Counted from the first letter of the stretch, positions 11,150 to 22,409 are shown. The stretch is DNA of 32,000 nucleotides from Candidatus Saccharimonadota bacterium (GCA_046350815.1 JAXLZO010000001.1:870001-902000), one strand, 5' to 3'. Translations and numbers: made by a program. The notes: a model not told the origin generated them from the letters alone.

Positions 11150-11377
11150 ATGGCACCAGTCTATAAATACACAGATGTTGAAAAAGTCCTCAAAAGGCTA
11201 TGATTTACATTTGATCGTCAAACTGGATCACATCGAGTTTGGGAGAAAGATGGAGTAAAGTAGCGAATTACTGTTATCGTCCCAGCACATAAACCTCTGA
11301 AAATTGGCACGTTCAGAAATATACTCAAGCAAGCTAGTATTTCTCTCGATGAGTTTCTAAATCTCTTGAAAAAGTAA
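11150..11377 (+). pseudogene. hicA: HicA-family mRNA interferase toxin interrupted by an in-frame TAG
   Basis: MAPVYKYTDVEKVLKRL-G-FTFDRQTGSHRVWEKDGVK-*-RITVIVPAHKPLKIGTFRNILKQASISLDEFLNLLKK has the HicA motifs GSH..w and vtVP.H...l..GTl..ILKQAgi. TAG at 11261-11263 splits the domain. TGA at 11201-11203 falls on a Gly position. Confidence 0.75.
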
Positions 11378-11489
11378 TAAAAGGTTGTCTGTCATTCCCG
11401 CTGAGGCGGGTGACCACAGGAAATGCAGCGAATCGCACTGATGTGATGAGTCGTGAATCTATTCTTTCTATAGTCACTTATAAAAATTT

Positions 11490-11533
11490 TTGACTTTTCT
11501 CTCTAAAAAGTATATACTTTGTATATACTTTTT
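11490..11533 (+). promoter_or_regulatory. sigma70-type promoter overlapped by a perfect 13-bp inverted-repeat operator upstream of mazE
   Basis: TTGACT (11490-11495), 17-nt spacer, TATACT (11513-11518). Palindrome aaaaagtatatac-ttt-gtatatacttttt spans 11505-11533. Confidence 0.65.
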
Positions 11534-11544
11534 ATTTCAATGAC

Positions 11545-11793
11545 ATGACTACTATTGTTTCAAAATGGGGTAATAGTCTCGCCATACGCATCCCATCTGA
11601 TATTATCCAAAAGAGTAATCTTTGCATCGGTGATAAGCTCGATATGACTGTCTCACAGCATGGAAAAATTATTCTTGCTGCTCAACCAAAAGATATAAAT
11701 TTTTGAGAGCTGTATGAACAAATCACACCACAAAATCGATATAATGAAGAATTGATTCACAGTGAAGTTGGTAATGAAAAAGTTGTATGGTAG
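11545..11793 (+). CDS. mazE: MazE/PemI-type antitoxin (SpoVT/AbrB domain)
   Basis: MTTIVSKWGNSLAIRIPSDIIQKSNLCIGDKLDMTV matches the AbrB-like swapped-hairpin motif (v.kwGNS.avRiP). 82 aa, one TGA, TAG stop at 11791-11793. Overlaps the mazF start. Confidence 0.85.
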
Positions 11794-12140
11794 TGTCGCA
11801 ATATATACCGGATAGGGGTGATATTATTTGGATCGATTTTGATCCCCAAGCAGGACGAGAACAATCATGAAGACGACCAGCATTGGTCTTGTCACACAAA
11901 AAATATAATGAACGAGCAGAGCTCGTTATTCTCTGTCCTATCACCTCAAAAGCCAAATCATACCCTTTTGTTGTTCATCTCCCTGAAGATCTTCTCTCTA
12001 AGCCGAGTTACGTGCTCTCAGATCAGGTAAAAAGTGTAGATTGGATAAGACGAAATGCGACATTTTTAGCAAAAGCCCCAGCATCATCTCTGGAGGTGGT
12101 CACTCTCTTTGCTGTAGGTATTATCAAGGGGATGTGTTAA
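11787..12140 (+). CDS. mazF: MazF/PemK-family endoribonuclease toxin
   Basis: MVVSQYIPDRGDIIWIDFDPQAGREQS-G-RRPALVLSHKKYN...CPITSKAKSYPFVV..SDQVKSVDW aligns by eye with E. coli MazF (PDMGDLIWVDFDPTKGSEQAGHRPAVVLS). TGA 11868-11870 sits on the conserved Gly. Confidence 0.9.
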
Positions 12141-12202
12141 GCATTTAGGTGTTTTGAATGATGTTTATATTCAAATAATCCATACATAAGCAATTATAAT
12201 CT

Positions 12203-12424
12203 ATGAAATCTCAGCAATGCATATCTATAAGTGATCCTAATAAGATGAAAGAAGAAAATCTTCAGATTTCAACTCAGACATACAATCATTGCCTAGAGGC
12301 ACGAAAAGATCTTGATAAAGGAATAAATATTCTGAGTTTTGATGAGATAAAGGCAAAGTATGACAGAGTAGAATATACGTTTACATCATTTAGCGACCTT
12401 AAAGATTATATCATCAAGCGTTAA
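12203..12424 (+). CDS. hypothetical 73-aa protein, possibly an orphan antitoxin-like protein
   Basis: Intact ORF with no TGA. The segment EARKDLDKGINILSFDEIKAKY resembles C-terminal segments of RHH-type antitoxins; this similarity is weak. Confidence 0.4.
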   Translation: MKSQQCISISDPNKMKEENLQISTQTYNHCLEARKDLDKGINILSFDEIKAKYDRVEYTFTSFSDLKDYIIKR

Positions 12425-12460
12425 TAGACGATTTGATGATACTTTTATCTTCAAATCTTT

Positions 12461-12500
12461 TGTATAATTACTATTTTTATATATCATAAGTATGATATAT
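12461..12500 (+). promoter_or_regulatory. extended -10 element and 10-bp perfect inverted-repeat operator upstream of the RHH antitoxin
   Basis: TGTATAAT at 12461-12468; atatatcata-ag-tatgatatat at 12479-12500. Confidence 0.5.
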
Positions 12501-12517
12501 ATTTATAATTCATATGT

Positions 12518-12748
12518 ATGAATCGTACTATCACTACAACACTTTCAGCACCGAAACTTTCTTTTCTTGAATCATATGCAAAGAAAATCGGTAAACCAAA
12601 AAATTACGTACTAGAACAAGGTCTCGAATTGTTAGAACAACATACTCTTGAGGAGGCAATTCGCGCTTGATTTGAGGAACGAGTCTCAGAATACAGAGAT
12701 CTCAATGAAGATTTTGCAAGAGCTCAAATCACATCAATGAGCAAGTAG
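12518..12748 (+). CDS. ribbon-helix-helix (CopG-like) antitoxin
   Basis: 76 aa. MNRTITTTLSAPKLSFLESYAKKIGKPKNYVLEQGLELLEQ fits a beta-strand/helix/helix RHH pattern. One TGA. TAG stop lies 1 nt before the ATG of the toxin. Confidence 0.65.
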
Positions 12749-12749
12749 T

Positions 12750-13088
12750 ATGAAACGATTTGATATTGTACTTGCAAATTTGGATCCGAGAAAATGACAT
12801 GTGCAAAGTGGTAATCGTCCTTGTCTCATCGTATCCTCAGATATTTTCAATAAGTATGCTCCAACGCTCGTAGTTATTCCATTTACGTCAACGATCCGAA
12901 AAGTATTTCCAAGTGAATGCATCATTGAACCATCCTATACAAATGGTCTCGTACAACAAAGCAGGCTCTTGGGAAGTCAAATTATTACTCTTGATAAGAA
13001 TTTTTTCTGAGAAAAACTTTGAGTACTTGATAGTTGTTATCACATTGAAATTGAGAATATCTTAAAATTGGTTCTTGACTTGAAATAA
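12750..13088 (+). CDS. second MazF/PemK-family toxin
   Basis: MKRFDIVLANLDPRK-G-HVQSGNRPCLIVSSDIFNKYAPTLVVIPFTS matches the PemK motif (dP..G.Eq.G.RP.lVis.d). 3 in-frame TGA, the first on the conserved Gly. TAA at 13086-13088. Confidence 0.85.
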
Positions 13089-13089
13089 A

Positions 13090-13125
13090 GTAATAAATCC
13101 TCCCAAATTCGGGAGGATTTATTAC
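13090..13125. terminator. bidirectional terminator hairpin between convergent mazF-like and MFS genes
   Basis: 15-bp perfect stem gtaataaatcctccc-aaattc-gggaggatttattac. It is homologous to the pilin terminator at 10324-10354. Confidence 0.7.
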
Positions 13126-14822
13126 TCAAACAACAACGATTTTCTCCACTTCATCGTCAGTCCAAAGGCACAGACAAGTAATACTCCAAAGAGAGCGAAG
13201 AATCCGACGTGACCGAGGAGTGTGAGTAATACTCATCCGAGTATAAGCCCGAAAACATTTGCAAGGTTTTGTACTATTTTCATAGGAGCGCTTGAGGCAT
13301 TTGCATCAATTTCTGTGAGATTGAGTTTTGATGCATAGGTTGTATTGTATGAAGTGAGAAATCCTTCTTGTGAGAGTGACATAGCTGCAGCATATCCGAG
13401 ACTATTGACCATACCAAATGCTATCAGCATACCGATTGCTTGCCATGGAAGTGCAGTGGTGACATTCATTGCTACATCAGTGACGCTTTGTTCTGCTACA
13501 TTGAGCGTATTCGCATCTGGCATCATGAAGACAAACCCGAACATAGAACCGATAGCCAGTACAAGCCCAAGCGAGATAACGAAAAATACACCGAATTTTC
13601 ACGCGAGCTTAATAAACATGCCTTGTGCAAGGTATGCAGGAATCGCGATACATGCGAGAAGTATGTAGTGGAAATTTGGTGCGAATTTTGCGAGATAATC
13701 GAGGAGAAATGATGAGGCGAAGGTATCCCAAGCTCCGAAGAGCATAATGATGATAAATGACCAGATGAGAAAATAATTTCTTGGAAGATCAATAATAGTG
13801 AGTTTGACTCGTTCAAGCTCTTTTTTTGTATCTTCATAGAGACTCTTGATAGAGAGGGGATTGTGTGCTACTTGTGGTCATACTGGGCGAAAGAAGAGGG
13901 TTTTTGCACTCGATGCAACCTTGTTGAAATCAGCCATGGATACAACACCCGTTACGTGTTTCACGGCATTTTTTGCATCAAATGATTGTACGGTTACGGA
14001 GAGTGATTTGATGGTTTCTGCATTGAGTGTCACATCGCTACGATCAAAATATTTTCCAAGAAACAGAAGATAGAGTACTATAAAGATATTCACAATCATG
14101 ACGGCAATAAACGGCTCAAATCAGAGCACAAAACCTGAGAGGAGGAGACCAAAGAGGGATCATGCACCAAAATATATATTCATCTTTGAGAGTACTGATG
14201 CATATTTATTCGGATCGACACTATTCATGATATATGCATAACTCGTCACATCATTGACTTCTTTCGTAAATCCATAAAAAAGCGATGCAATAATGAGGAG
14301 TATAATATTGCCAACGTCATTGAGAAAAAAATCAAGAATACTACTAAAAATCTGAGTCCCAACAGGTAAATTCTCAAGAATTACCGATCCAACAATTGGC
14401 ACATCTCGTGCTACAATCGTAGTCGCAAATATGAGTTTGAGAAAAATGAGTCATGCAAGAAGCTGAGATATGCCACCGAAGAGAAACAATTTTCGTGCAC
14501 TAAAATGTCTCTGGAGAATACCCATTGGTATATCCAAGACGAGAGAGATAGCATTTCCAATGGCAAGAAAAGCTCCGACCAGGAGTGGCTCCTTGAGAGT
14601 GATAGTGAAGAAATATACCACCGTAAAGTGAAAGAGCATCCATACAAATCCCATGAATACATTCGTATTGAGCATATTTTTGATACGGATTTCGTCATCG
14701 GGCTGTGTAGCACGAACAATTGAGAACCCTTGTTCTCGATTCTGTTCGACTATTTCTTCCGGTTGTGTCGGATTTATGACTACGTTCGGATTGTTTTCTT
14801 GAGTTGGCTGAGTGGTTTCCAT
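13122..14822 (-). CDS. MFS-type transporter (566 aa)
   Basis: ATG at 14822 (a TTG at 14837 is also in frame). One frame links track ORFs 14451-14837, 14160-14402, 13878-14099 and 13233-13544 through 6 TGA codons; verified codon by codon for 13545-13880. Multiple TM helices and an MFS motif-A-like loop DIPMGILQRHFSARKL. TAA at 13122-13124. Confidence 0.7.
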
Positions 14823-14883
14823 AGAAGAAAAATACAATTTCCTCTATGCTAGCATATTCCTATAGAGAACACAAAAAACATTG

Positions 14884-14912
14884 AAAAAATATCCTTGACG
14901 GATATTTTTTTT
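14884..14912 (-). terminator. Rho-independent terminator downstream of the methyltransferase gene
   Basis: aaaaaatatcc-ttgac-ggatatttttt, flanked by A/T runs on both strands. Confidence 0.6.
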
Positions 14913-14918
14913 ATTGAT

Positions 14919-15383
14919 TTATACTCGAATATGGCGCAGATGAAAGAGAGCAATAGATCCTGCAATTGATACATTGAGTGAGTTTTTCGCTCCATGCATT
15001 GGTAAATAGATGAGTCCGCTACTTTTTGTTCGGGCATACTCACTTACTCACTCAACCTCATTTCCGACGATCAAATAGAGAGTTTTTGTACTATCTTTTG
15101 GCTGATAATCATAGATATCTTGACCACCATATCATTCCTCAAGTGCCAGAATCTCACAATCTTCTCATTGTTTATTCTCAAAGAAATCCTCAATATGGAG
15201 AAAATATTCCCATGGTACACATGCTTCAGCTCAGAGAGCTGTCTTGGTGATCTCGCGACGTGGGGGAATAGCTGTATATCCGATCAGGATAATCTGAGGA
15301 GATCCAGCACCATCGCTTGATCTCCAGAGGGCGCCGATATTGTGAAGTGAACGGATATTTTCGAGAACCAGAATAATTTGCAT
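14919..15383 (-). CDS. SpoU/TrmH-family RNA 2'-O-methyltransferase
   Basis: MQIILVLENIRSLHNIGALWRSSDGAG...LIVGNEVEGVS...IYLPMHGAKNSLNVSIAGSIALFHL carries the three SPOUT motifs. 4 in-frame TGA. TAA at 14919-14921. An alternative GTG start at 15419 would add 12 aa. Confidence 0.85.
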
Positions 15384-15441
15384 ATTTGACGATGAGTCCT
15401 TATTTCCTATACTAGGCACGCATTGTATCTAATTTTTTTCT

Positions 15442-16029
15442 ATGGCAAATATTGACCACAAGCCGAGCAAGTATATGCTCAACCTTCTCCACGTTCTTCC
15501 AGCATTTGCAGATGAAGACAAACTTCGAATCAACTCCATTATTGAGCTCAATTCGATGACGATTAATAAATATGAGATTATCACAGAATCAGGGCAACTC
15601 AAGCTTGATCGTGTTGGATATTCATCACTCTCATATCCATTCGCCTATGGTGCTATTCCTTGTACTTGGGATGAAGATGGTGATCCACTCGATGTTGAGG
15701 TGGTAGGTGTCACTGAGCCGCTTGTTCCCGGATCTATTGCTGAGATTCGTATCATTGGGATTATGAAATTCGATGATGGTGGGGAAGTGGATGATAAGGT
15801 GATCGGAGTGCTTGCGGATGACAAGAGGATGGATCATATCACAAGTTATGAGCAACTTGGGGCTCATTGGCTCAAGGAGACTCAATACTACTGGGAACAC
15901 TATAAAGATCTCAAGAAGCCAGGAACCTGTAAGGTAAATGGATTCTTCGGACCAGATGAGGCAGTCAAGACTATCAAGGAATGTGAAGAGCGATACGTGA
16001 AAGAATATCTTCCAAAGTTTGGTGAGTAA
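15442..16029 (+). CDS. ppa: family I inorganic pyrophosphatase
   Basis: 195 aa uninterrupted ORF. YPFAYGAIPCTWDEDGDPLDVEVV and DDKVIGV match the PPase active-site signature (D-[SGDN]-D-[PE]-[LIVMF]-D). No TGA codons. Confidence 0.9.
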   Translation: MANIDHKPSKYMLNLLHVLPAFADEDKLRINSIIELNSMTINKYEIITESGQLKLDRVGYSSLSYPFAYGAIPCTWDEDGDPLDVEVVGVTEPLVPGSIAEIRIIGIMKFDDGGEVDDKVIGVLADDKRMDHITSYEQLGAHWLKETQYYWEHYKDLKKPGTCKVNGFFGPDEAVKTIKECEERYVKEYLPKFGE

Positions 16030-16035
16030 TATAAC

Positions 16036-16112
16036 AAAGTAGATTCCCGATCAGGTCGGGAATGACAAATATTTATAAAGATATGTCATCCTCGCGTAGG
16101 CGGGGATCTACT
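16036..16112. repeat. two copies of the dispersed TGTCAT..hairpin..ATCTAC palindromic element
   Basis: aaagtagattcccgatcaggtcgggaatgaca at 16036-16067 is identical to 8045-8076. atgtcatcctcgcgtaggcggggatctac lies at 16083-16111. G/C-tract hairpins and the cagtccagcgag motif follow, up to about 16270. Confidence 0.8.
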
Positions 16113-16329
16113 TTTTTCTGTATTTGCTCGAGTTTTAAAGACAAAAATACACGTCCACCCCGGCTTTGCCACCCCTCAAGAGGGGCAGAGAGAAGCCTTC
16201 TTCCGAACTCCCCCGTTGAGTGACAATCTTCGGCAGTCCAGCGAGCGACATAGTCGTCGTGAGTCGGGGAAGATGGGTTTATGAGTAGGAGGAATTTACA
16301 CGAAGGACTATTTAATCGTACTAATTATT

Positions 16330-16893
16330 ATGGCACTCGAAATTGAAGCAAAATTTATTCATATCAATCCTGATGATATTCGGTCTCGGGCGAGAGAGCT
16401 TGGATTTCAGATGATTCATCCTGAATTTCTCATGAAGCGAGCAACTTTTATGTTCTCAGATATCAATATCAGTCTCCGTGTGCGACAAGAATATGAAAGG
16501 GTAACTATGACCTATAAAGATGTTCATGATCACTCTATCGCAACTGGAACAACGGAACATGAGGTGGTAGTGAGTGATTTTGACACAACACTTGATATCC
16601 TTAAGCTCACAGCGAAGCATGATTATATTAATTATCAAGAATCAAAACGCGAACTCTGGAGAAAAGGGGATATTGAAATCGTTCTCGATACATGGCCAGG
16701 TACATCAACCTATATTGAGATCGAAGCACCAACAGAAGATATGTTGAAAATGGTCGTCTGAGATATATGACTGGATTATTCTCAAGCGATATTCGGACGT
16801 GTTGGACGAGTCTATGAAGCTCTTGGAATCATGACAACTCCAGAACTAAATGAGATTAGGGAGCTAACTTTTGAGAAGTATCCGAATTTGTAA
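16330..16893 (+). CDS. CYTH-domain protein (triphosphate tunnel metalloenzyme / class IV adenylate cyclase-like)
   Basis: The N-terminal MALEIEAKF carries the ExExK signature; later acidic/basic beta-strand pattern (LRVRQE.., IVLDTWPG.., YIEIEA). Reads through 2 TGA to TAA 16891-16893. Confidence 0.75.
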
Positions 16894-16924
16894 AAAACTC
16901 ACTGATTTATCAGTGAGTTTTTGT
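16892..16924. terminator. bidirectional Rho-independent terminator
   Basis: aaaaaactcactga-ttta-tcagtgagttttt lies between convergent genes. Confidence 0.7.
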
Positions 16925-16928
16925 TCCC

Positions 16929-17330
16929 TTAGAGTGGGGGCGTAACCTCCTTTTTATCTTTTTCATTAGTATTGATATCACTGTTGGGTGTTGTTGAAGA
17001 TTTGCAAAGATCAATTACTACTGAAACTGCAATAAACGTACAGCAAATAGCAATGACGATTGATCCCGTAAAACTCCAAACTTCTTCCCAATATTCTGGT
17101 TTACGTGAAACGAATAACAATCCCGTCAGGGTAAACCAACACAAAAACTGTATTATTTTATACAGGTTTACAATATGGTTTATCTGAACTTGTAACAAAT
17201 ATTGTATTTTTTCAGTTGACTCAAGTTTTATTTGATTGAGTTGATTTAATACAAAACATGTAACAGCAGAACTAAAGCAAACTGTAAACATTGAAATTAA
17301 TGCTAGAAGAACAGCTACATTATCATTCAT
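16929..17330 (-). CDS. hypothetical membrane protein (133 aa from ATG 17330)
   Basis: Intact ORF with 3-4 hydrophobic helices and a TAA stop at 16929-16931. The track start at 17363 is a TTG. No TGA codons. Confidence 0.5.
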   Translation of the reverse strand: MNDNVAVLLALISMFTVCFSSAVTCFVLNQLNQIKLESTEKIQYLLQVQINHIVNLYKIIQFLCWFTLTGLLFVSRKPEYWEEVWSFTGSIVIAICCTFIAVSVVIDLCKSSTTPNSDINTNEKDKKEVTPPL

Positions 17331-17413
17331 GGTATATACCACCTTTTGTTTGGTTGAAAACAACTTGATGAGTATAAAAATTAATTTGAGTTGTCAAATT
17401 AATTTTTAGGTAT

Positions 17414-18568
<1,155 letters not shown>

Positions 18569-18576
18569 AGATATTT

Positions 18577-18981
18577 TTACAATTGATCCATAGCAACATT
18601 GGAGAGTCGATCAGCCTCGCTATTGAGCTCACGACAAATATGGGTGAAATCAATCTGTCCACCCCATTCACGAATACTTTTTTGTATCTCTTCGGCTATC
18701 TTCTTGAGTTCAAGGTTTTTAATCTTGTATTCTCCATTGAGCTGACGAATCATGAGCTCACTGTCAGCAAATGCATGAATTCGAGTTGCTCATAGCTCTA
18801 TAGAGCGTTTTACTCAGAGAAACATGGCAGTGTATTCTGCTTGATTATTGGTAGCTATTCCGAGTGCTTTGTATCTTGCTTCAATTTTCTGATCATGAAC
18901 ATCGGTAATATAGACTCCACAGCCAGATTTTCCAGGGTTTCATCGCGAGCCACCATCTGTATAGAGCTTCACTATTTTCAT
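18577..18981 (-). CDS. rnhA: ribonuclease HI
   Basis: 134 aa. [54 protein letters not shown] contains the D-E-D-D catalytic pattern. 3 TGA on Gly positions. ATG at 18981 overlaps the pheS end by 10 nt. Confidence 0.9.
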
Positions 18982-20000
18982 GCGAATTGTCTGAGTGCTC
19001 GAATATCTGTGTGCATAAATATACGCATATCATCAATACCATATCGGATCATGGCGAGACGATTGAGTCCAAATCCAAATGCAAAACCTGAGTATTTTTC
19101 TGTATCAACACCACCATCTTTAAGTACATTTGGATGCATGAGTCCTGCACCCATAAATTCGATCCATCCGGATTTCTTACATACTTTGCATCCTGATCAT
19201 TCACAGAACGGGCATGAAAAATCTATCTCTACACCCGGCTCAACAAATGGAAAAAATCCAGGTCGCATACGAATAGATACTTCTTTTCCGAAGAGATCTT
19301 TGAGCATGGTTTCGATGGTATACTTGAGGTTGGCGAGAGATATTTTTTCTCCTACAACCATTCCCTCTACTTGGTAGAATGTATTGTCATGGGTTGCATC
19401 AATATCCTCATTGCGAAAAACACGATCAGGAACAATAACTTGAAATGGTGGTTTACGGGCTTTGAGAATGTTGTTTTGTTGGCTTGATGTTTGGGTAGAG
19501 AGTACATACTTTCCTCACTCGATCCAATACGTATCCTGCATATCGCGAGCCGGATGACTTGCGGGAACGTTCACTGAATCAAAATTCTCATATTCAGTAA
19601 CAATTTCTTTCGCTTGCCATATCTCAAATCCCATACGGGTAAATGTATCCATAACGTCGTTTATCACGAGCGTGAGTGGATGAAGTGCTCATCGTTGAAT
19701 ATCTTTTTTTTCCGTAAGATCTTCCCATTCTTTGTGAAGTTGTTCTTGCACTTTCTGATCTTCTATTTCTGCTTCTTTCTGAGTATACAATTCTTCAAGC
19801 TCGAGTCGGAGTGTATTTGCATCTTTTCCGAGTGTTGCTCGCTCTTTCGGTGTTGCGTCTTTGAGTGATTTGAGAATCGAGCTAAGTTCTCCGGTTTTTC
19901 CAAGGAGAGTATTTTTCCACTCGAGAAGATGATTGAGATCTTTGACTTGCTCAAGCTGAGAAAGAGCTGATGTTCGAATATTGAGAATAGAAGGATTCAT
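18972..20000 (-). CDS. pheS: phenylalanine--tRNA ligase alpha subunit
   Basis: 342 aa. N-terminal coiled coil (track ORF 19689-20000), then [30 protein letters not shown]...FHQ-like..EG, class II motif 3 [13 protein letters not shown]. In-frame TGAs. TAG at 18972-18974. Confidence 0.9.
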
Positions 20001-20002
20001 AG

Positions 20003-21136
20003 CTATATTTTAAGTGGCATGATGATATGTCGGAATGCTTGTGATTCTGGATTTGCCGCTGGAACACCATGAACAAGGATAGGGGAGAGCGGTGTCTCGA
20101 AATCAAGCGATACAAAATCTTCACGAATAACACCGAGAACTTCGAGAAGAAACACTACATTGAGTCCTACACGTTCTTCATTTCATTCAAGTGAGGCTTT
20201 TACTATGGTTCGACCGTTTCCTATTTGTGTTTCACCAGTGCTAATTTCGATCCCAGTCTCATGACTGAATGAAATACGTATGTTATCTTTATTCTCTCGA
20301 GCAATCAGTTGTATACGACGAAGTCCAGATATAAGCTCATTTCTGGATGCAACGACTTTAGTGGAGAATGATTTTGGGAAGAAATTCGTATAATCAGGAA
20401 ACTTGCCTTGTATGAGGCGCGAGGTGACCACCGTGTTTCCGATAGTAGCGCTCATAGATCCGTCACCAATAGCAAGAATCGTTTCTCCTTTATCATCTTT
20501 GAGTGATTTGAGCACTTCGTGAGCGCTACGATCTGGAATGATAGTATGCTTGCCACTTACATCGCCATCAATATCCATAGGAATTCTATATTCTGTGAGG
20601 CGATATGAGTCTGTTGAGGCAAAGGCAATAGAGGATTCATCGAATTTTACATAGACACCAGCAAGTGAGGGGCGTACATTTTCCTTGGCTGTTGAAAAAA
20701 GAGTTTTTTCGAGAGCATTCTTGAGTGCTGAATTTGCGATTGATACATGCATATTTCGCACAATATTTGTATCAGGCAAAGGGAATTTTCCCGCATCCAT
20801 TCCTTTAATTTTGGTTTCACTTGAAGCACTCTCAAGTGCTATCATTCATGTAGTGGAGTTGAGACTTACTTCGACTCTATCGTCACCCAGAAGTGATACA
20901 TAAGAGCTGAGTATTTTTGAACCGATGGTAAAATTTCCAGTTTCAAGAATTTCAACATTCTCCGAAATAGTTGTATCAATTGTAATGTCAAGGTTGGTTC
21001 CAACGAGTCGGACACTTTCGGGGCGGGCTTCGATATAGACATTCTCAAGTATAGGGGTCACTGGATTGACTCCCGTAACACGCGATACAGTATCGAGTGC
21101 TTCTTTGAGGCGAGCGGTAGAAAGTATAAATCTCAT
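20003..21136 (-). CDS. dnaN: DNA polymerase III beta sliding clamp
   Basis: 377 aa from ATG 21136. Joins track ORFs 20846-21199 and 20183-20845 and a C-terminal piece via 2 TGA. Three-domain clamp pattern (MRFILSTARLKEAL.., NPVTPILENVYIEA, ..GVYVKFD.., ..FSTKV.., ..MPLKI). TAG at 20003-20005, 2 nt before the pheS start. Confidence 0.9.
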
Positions 21137-21184
21137 ATTTTTATGATAGAAGCTATTCAAAAAGTGAAAAAAATCAAACCAAAT

Positions 21185-21212
21185 TTGCCTCTCATACACT
21201 TCTGGGTATAGT
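21185..21212 (+). promoter_or_regulatory. candidate sigma70 promoter for the Nudix gene
   Basis: TTGCCT (21185-21190), 16-nt spacer, TATAGT (21207-21212), about 24 nt upstream of ATG 21236. Confidence 0.45.
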
Positions 21213-21235
21213 AAAGGAAATTAATTCCTGCCTAT

Positions 21236-21688
21236 ATGACTCGCATCAAAGAGACGAGCTGTGGCGGAATCGTCTATCGAAAAACAAGCCAGGGTCAGAT
21301 ACAAGTACTCCTCCTTGAGTGGAGAAACAAACGTGGATTCTCAAAGTATGTCCTGCCAAAAGGACATATGGAAGAGACTGAAACCGCGCAAGAAACAGCA
21401 TTGCGTGAAATTTGTGAAGAAACAGGTCTTCCTGCATCAGAGCTTGAAATGGTGAAATTTGTCACCAAGATGACGCTTTCGTTTATCGCAAACAATATCG
21501 AGTGAGCTCCTATCATCGATAAAGATGTCTATATTTTTCTCGTAAAACATAAAGGAAACTCAGAGCCAAAACCACAGCTTTCCGAAAGATTTTTTGGGTA
21601 TCGCTGGTTTCCAGTAGCGGAGATTCCCGGGCTTGATGTTAAGCCCGATATCTATGAAATCATGCGTCAGAATGAAATTTATCTCTAA
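21236..21688 (+). CDS. Nudix hydrolase
   Basis: The Nudix box GHMEETETAQETALREICEETGL fits GX5EX7REUXEEXGU. Reads through one TGA (21503-21505) to TAA 21686-21688. Confidence 0.85.
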
Positions 21689-21699
21689 TTTTTCTTCCT

Positions 21700-22365
21700 A
21701 TGGAATGTTCATACCAGTCAGACATACTTACAATTGTGAGTGATAAAAAAACTATCACATATAATTTTAATTCATGACTCTCCATTGAAAATATGGAGGT
21801 GATTCTTCCGTGAGAATATGAAAAGTCATGATTTTTGTTGGTCTCCCGCAAAGTTATGGTGCCATTTGATCCGATTGCGGTAGCTCATCGAGAGATGACG
21901 AAGATGCAAAAGGAGCAAGATAAAATCCTTCAAGGTCTACAAGATACTGAAAAAAATAAAGAAGATCAAGATGATTATCCTTCAGAAGAAACACAAGATG
22001 AAGTTATTACGACTGCTTCAGATATGGACGATATTGCAAAGCATATGATTCATTCTATCAATATAGAATGATATAATATCCTCTTGGCAGGAGCTCCTAT
22101 TCCGGAGAGGCTCCTCAAAGATGAACATTTTGCTTCTTTCATCAAGAAAATTGACGCAGTCATTGCAACTCCATCGGAGGATCATGCAAAGCTCATTGCT
22201 CTCATTGATCCGCGTCTTACAATACTTCTTGGACAGGAAGGTATAACCAGTTTTGCAAAGATTGGCAAGACGGTAGAGGCTATACCAAAATGGAAATCAA
22301 AAGAATCTGATTTCTCCAGTGATGAAGGAGTCTGTATTGTACTTTCAGATGGGTCTTGAGAGTAA
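21700..22365 (+). CDS. hypothetical protein (about 221 aa)
   Basis: With TGA as sense, one frame joins an upstream segment with track ORFs 21835-22071 and 22084-22359, ending TGA-GAG-TAA at 22357-22365. Start is uncertain (ATG 21700, 21793 or 21856). Acidic central region. No family recognised. Confidence 0.45.
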
Positions 22366-22381
22366 AAGTCCAAGAATTTTG

Positions 22382-22409
22382 TTGACACAAACACGACAAT
22401 CTATACAAT
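22382..22409 (+). promoter_or_regulatory. near-consensus sigma70 promoter of the tRNA-Gly(UCA)/tRNA-Gly(GCC) pair
   Basis: TTGACA (22382-22387), 16-nt spacer, TACAAT (22404-22409), about 29 nt upstream of the first tRNA. Confidence 0.65.

Noticed and set aside
18841-19377. 178-aa plus-strand track ORF (and 19614-19868, 19763-19954)
   Set aside because: They are antisense or out of frame relative to the well-supported pheS CDS and have low-complexity, Ser/Cys-rich content. They are typical shadow ORFs.
21137-21235. Chromosomal replication origin upstream of dnaN
   Set aside because: There is no dnaA gene and no cluster of TTATCCACA-like boxes visible. The 100-bp gap is adequately explained by divergent promoters.
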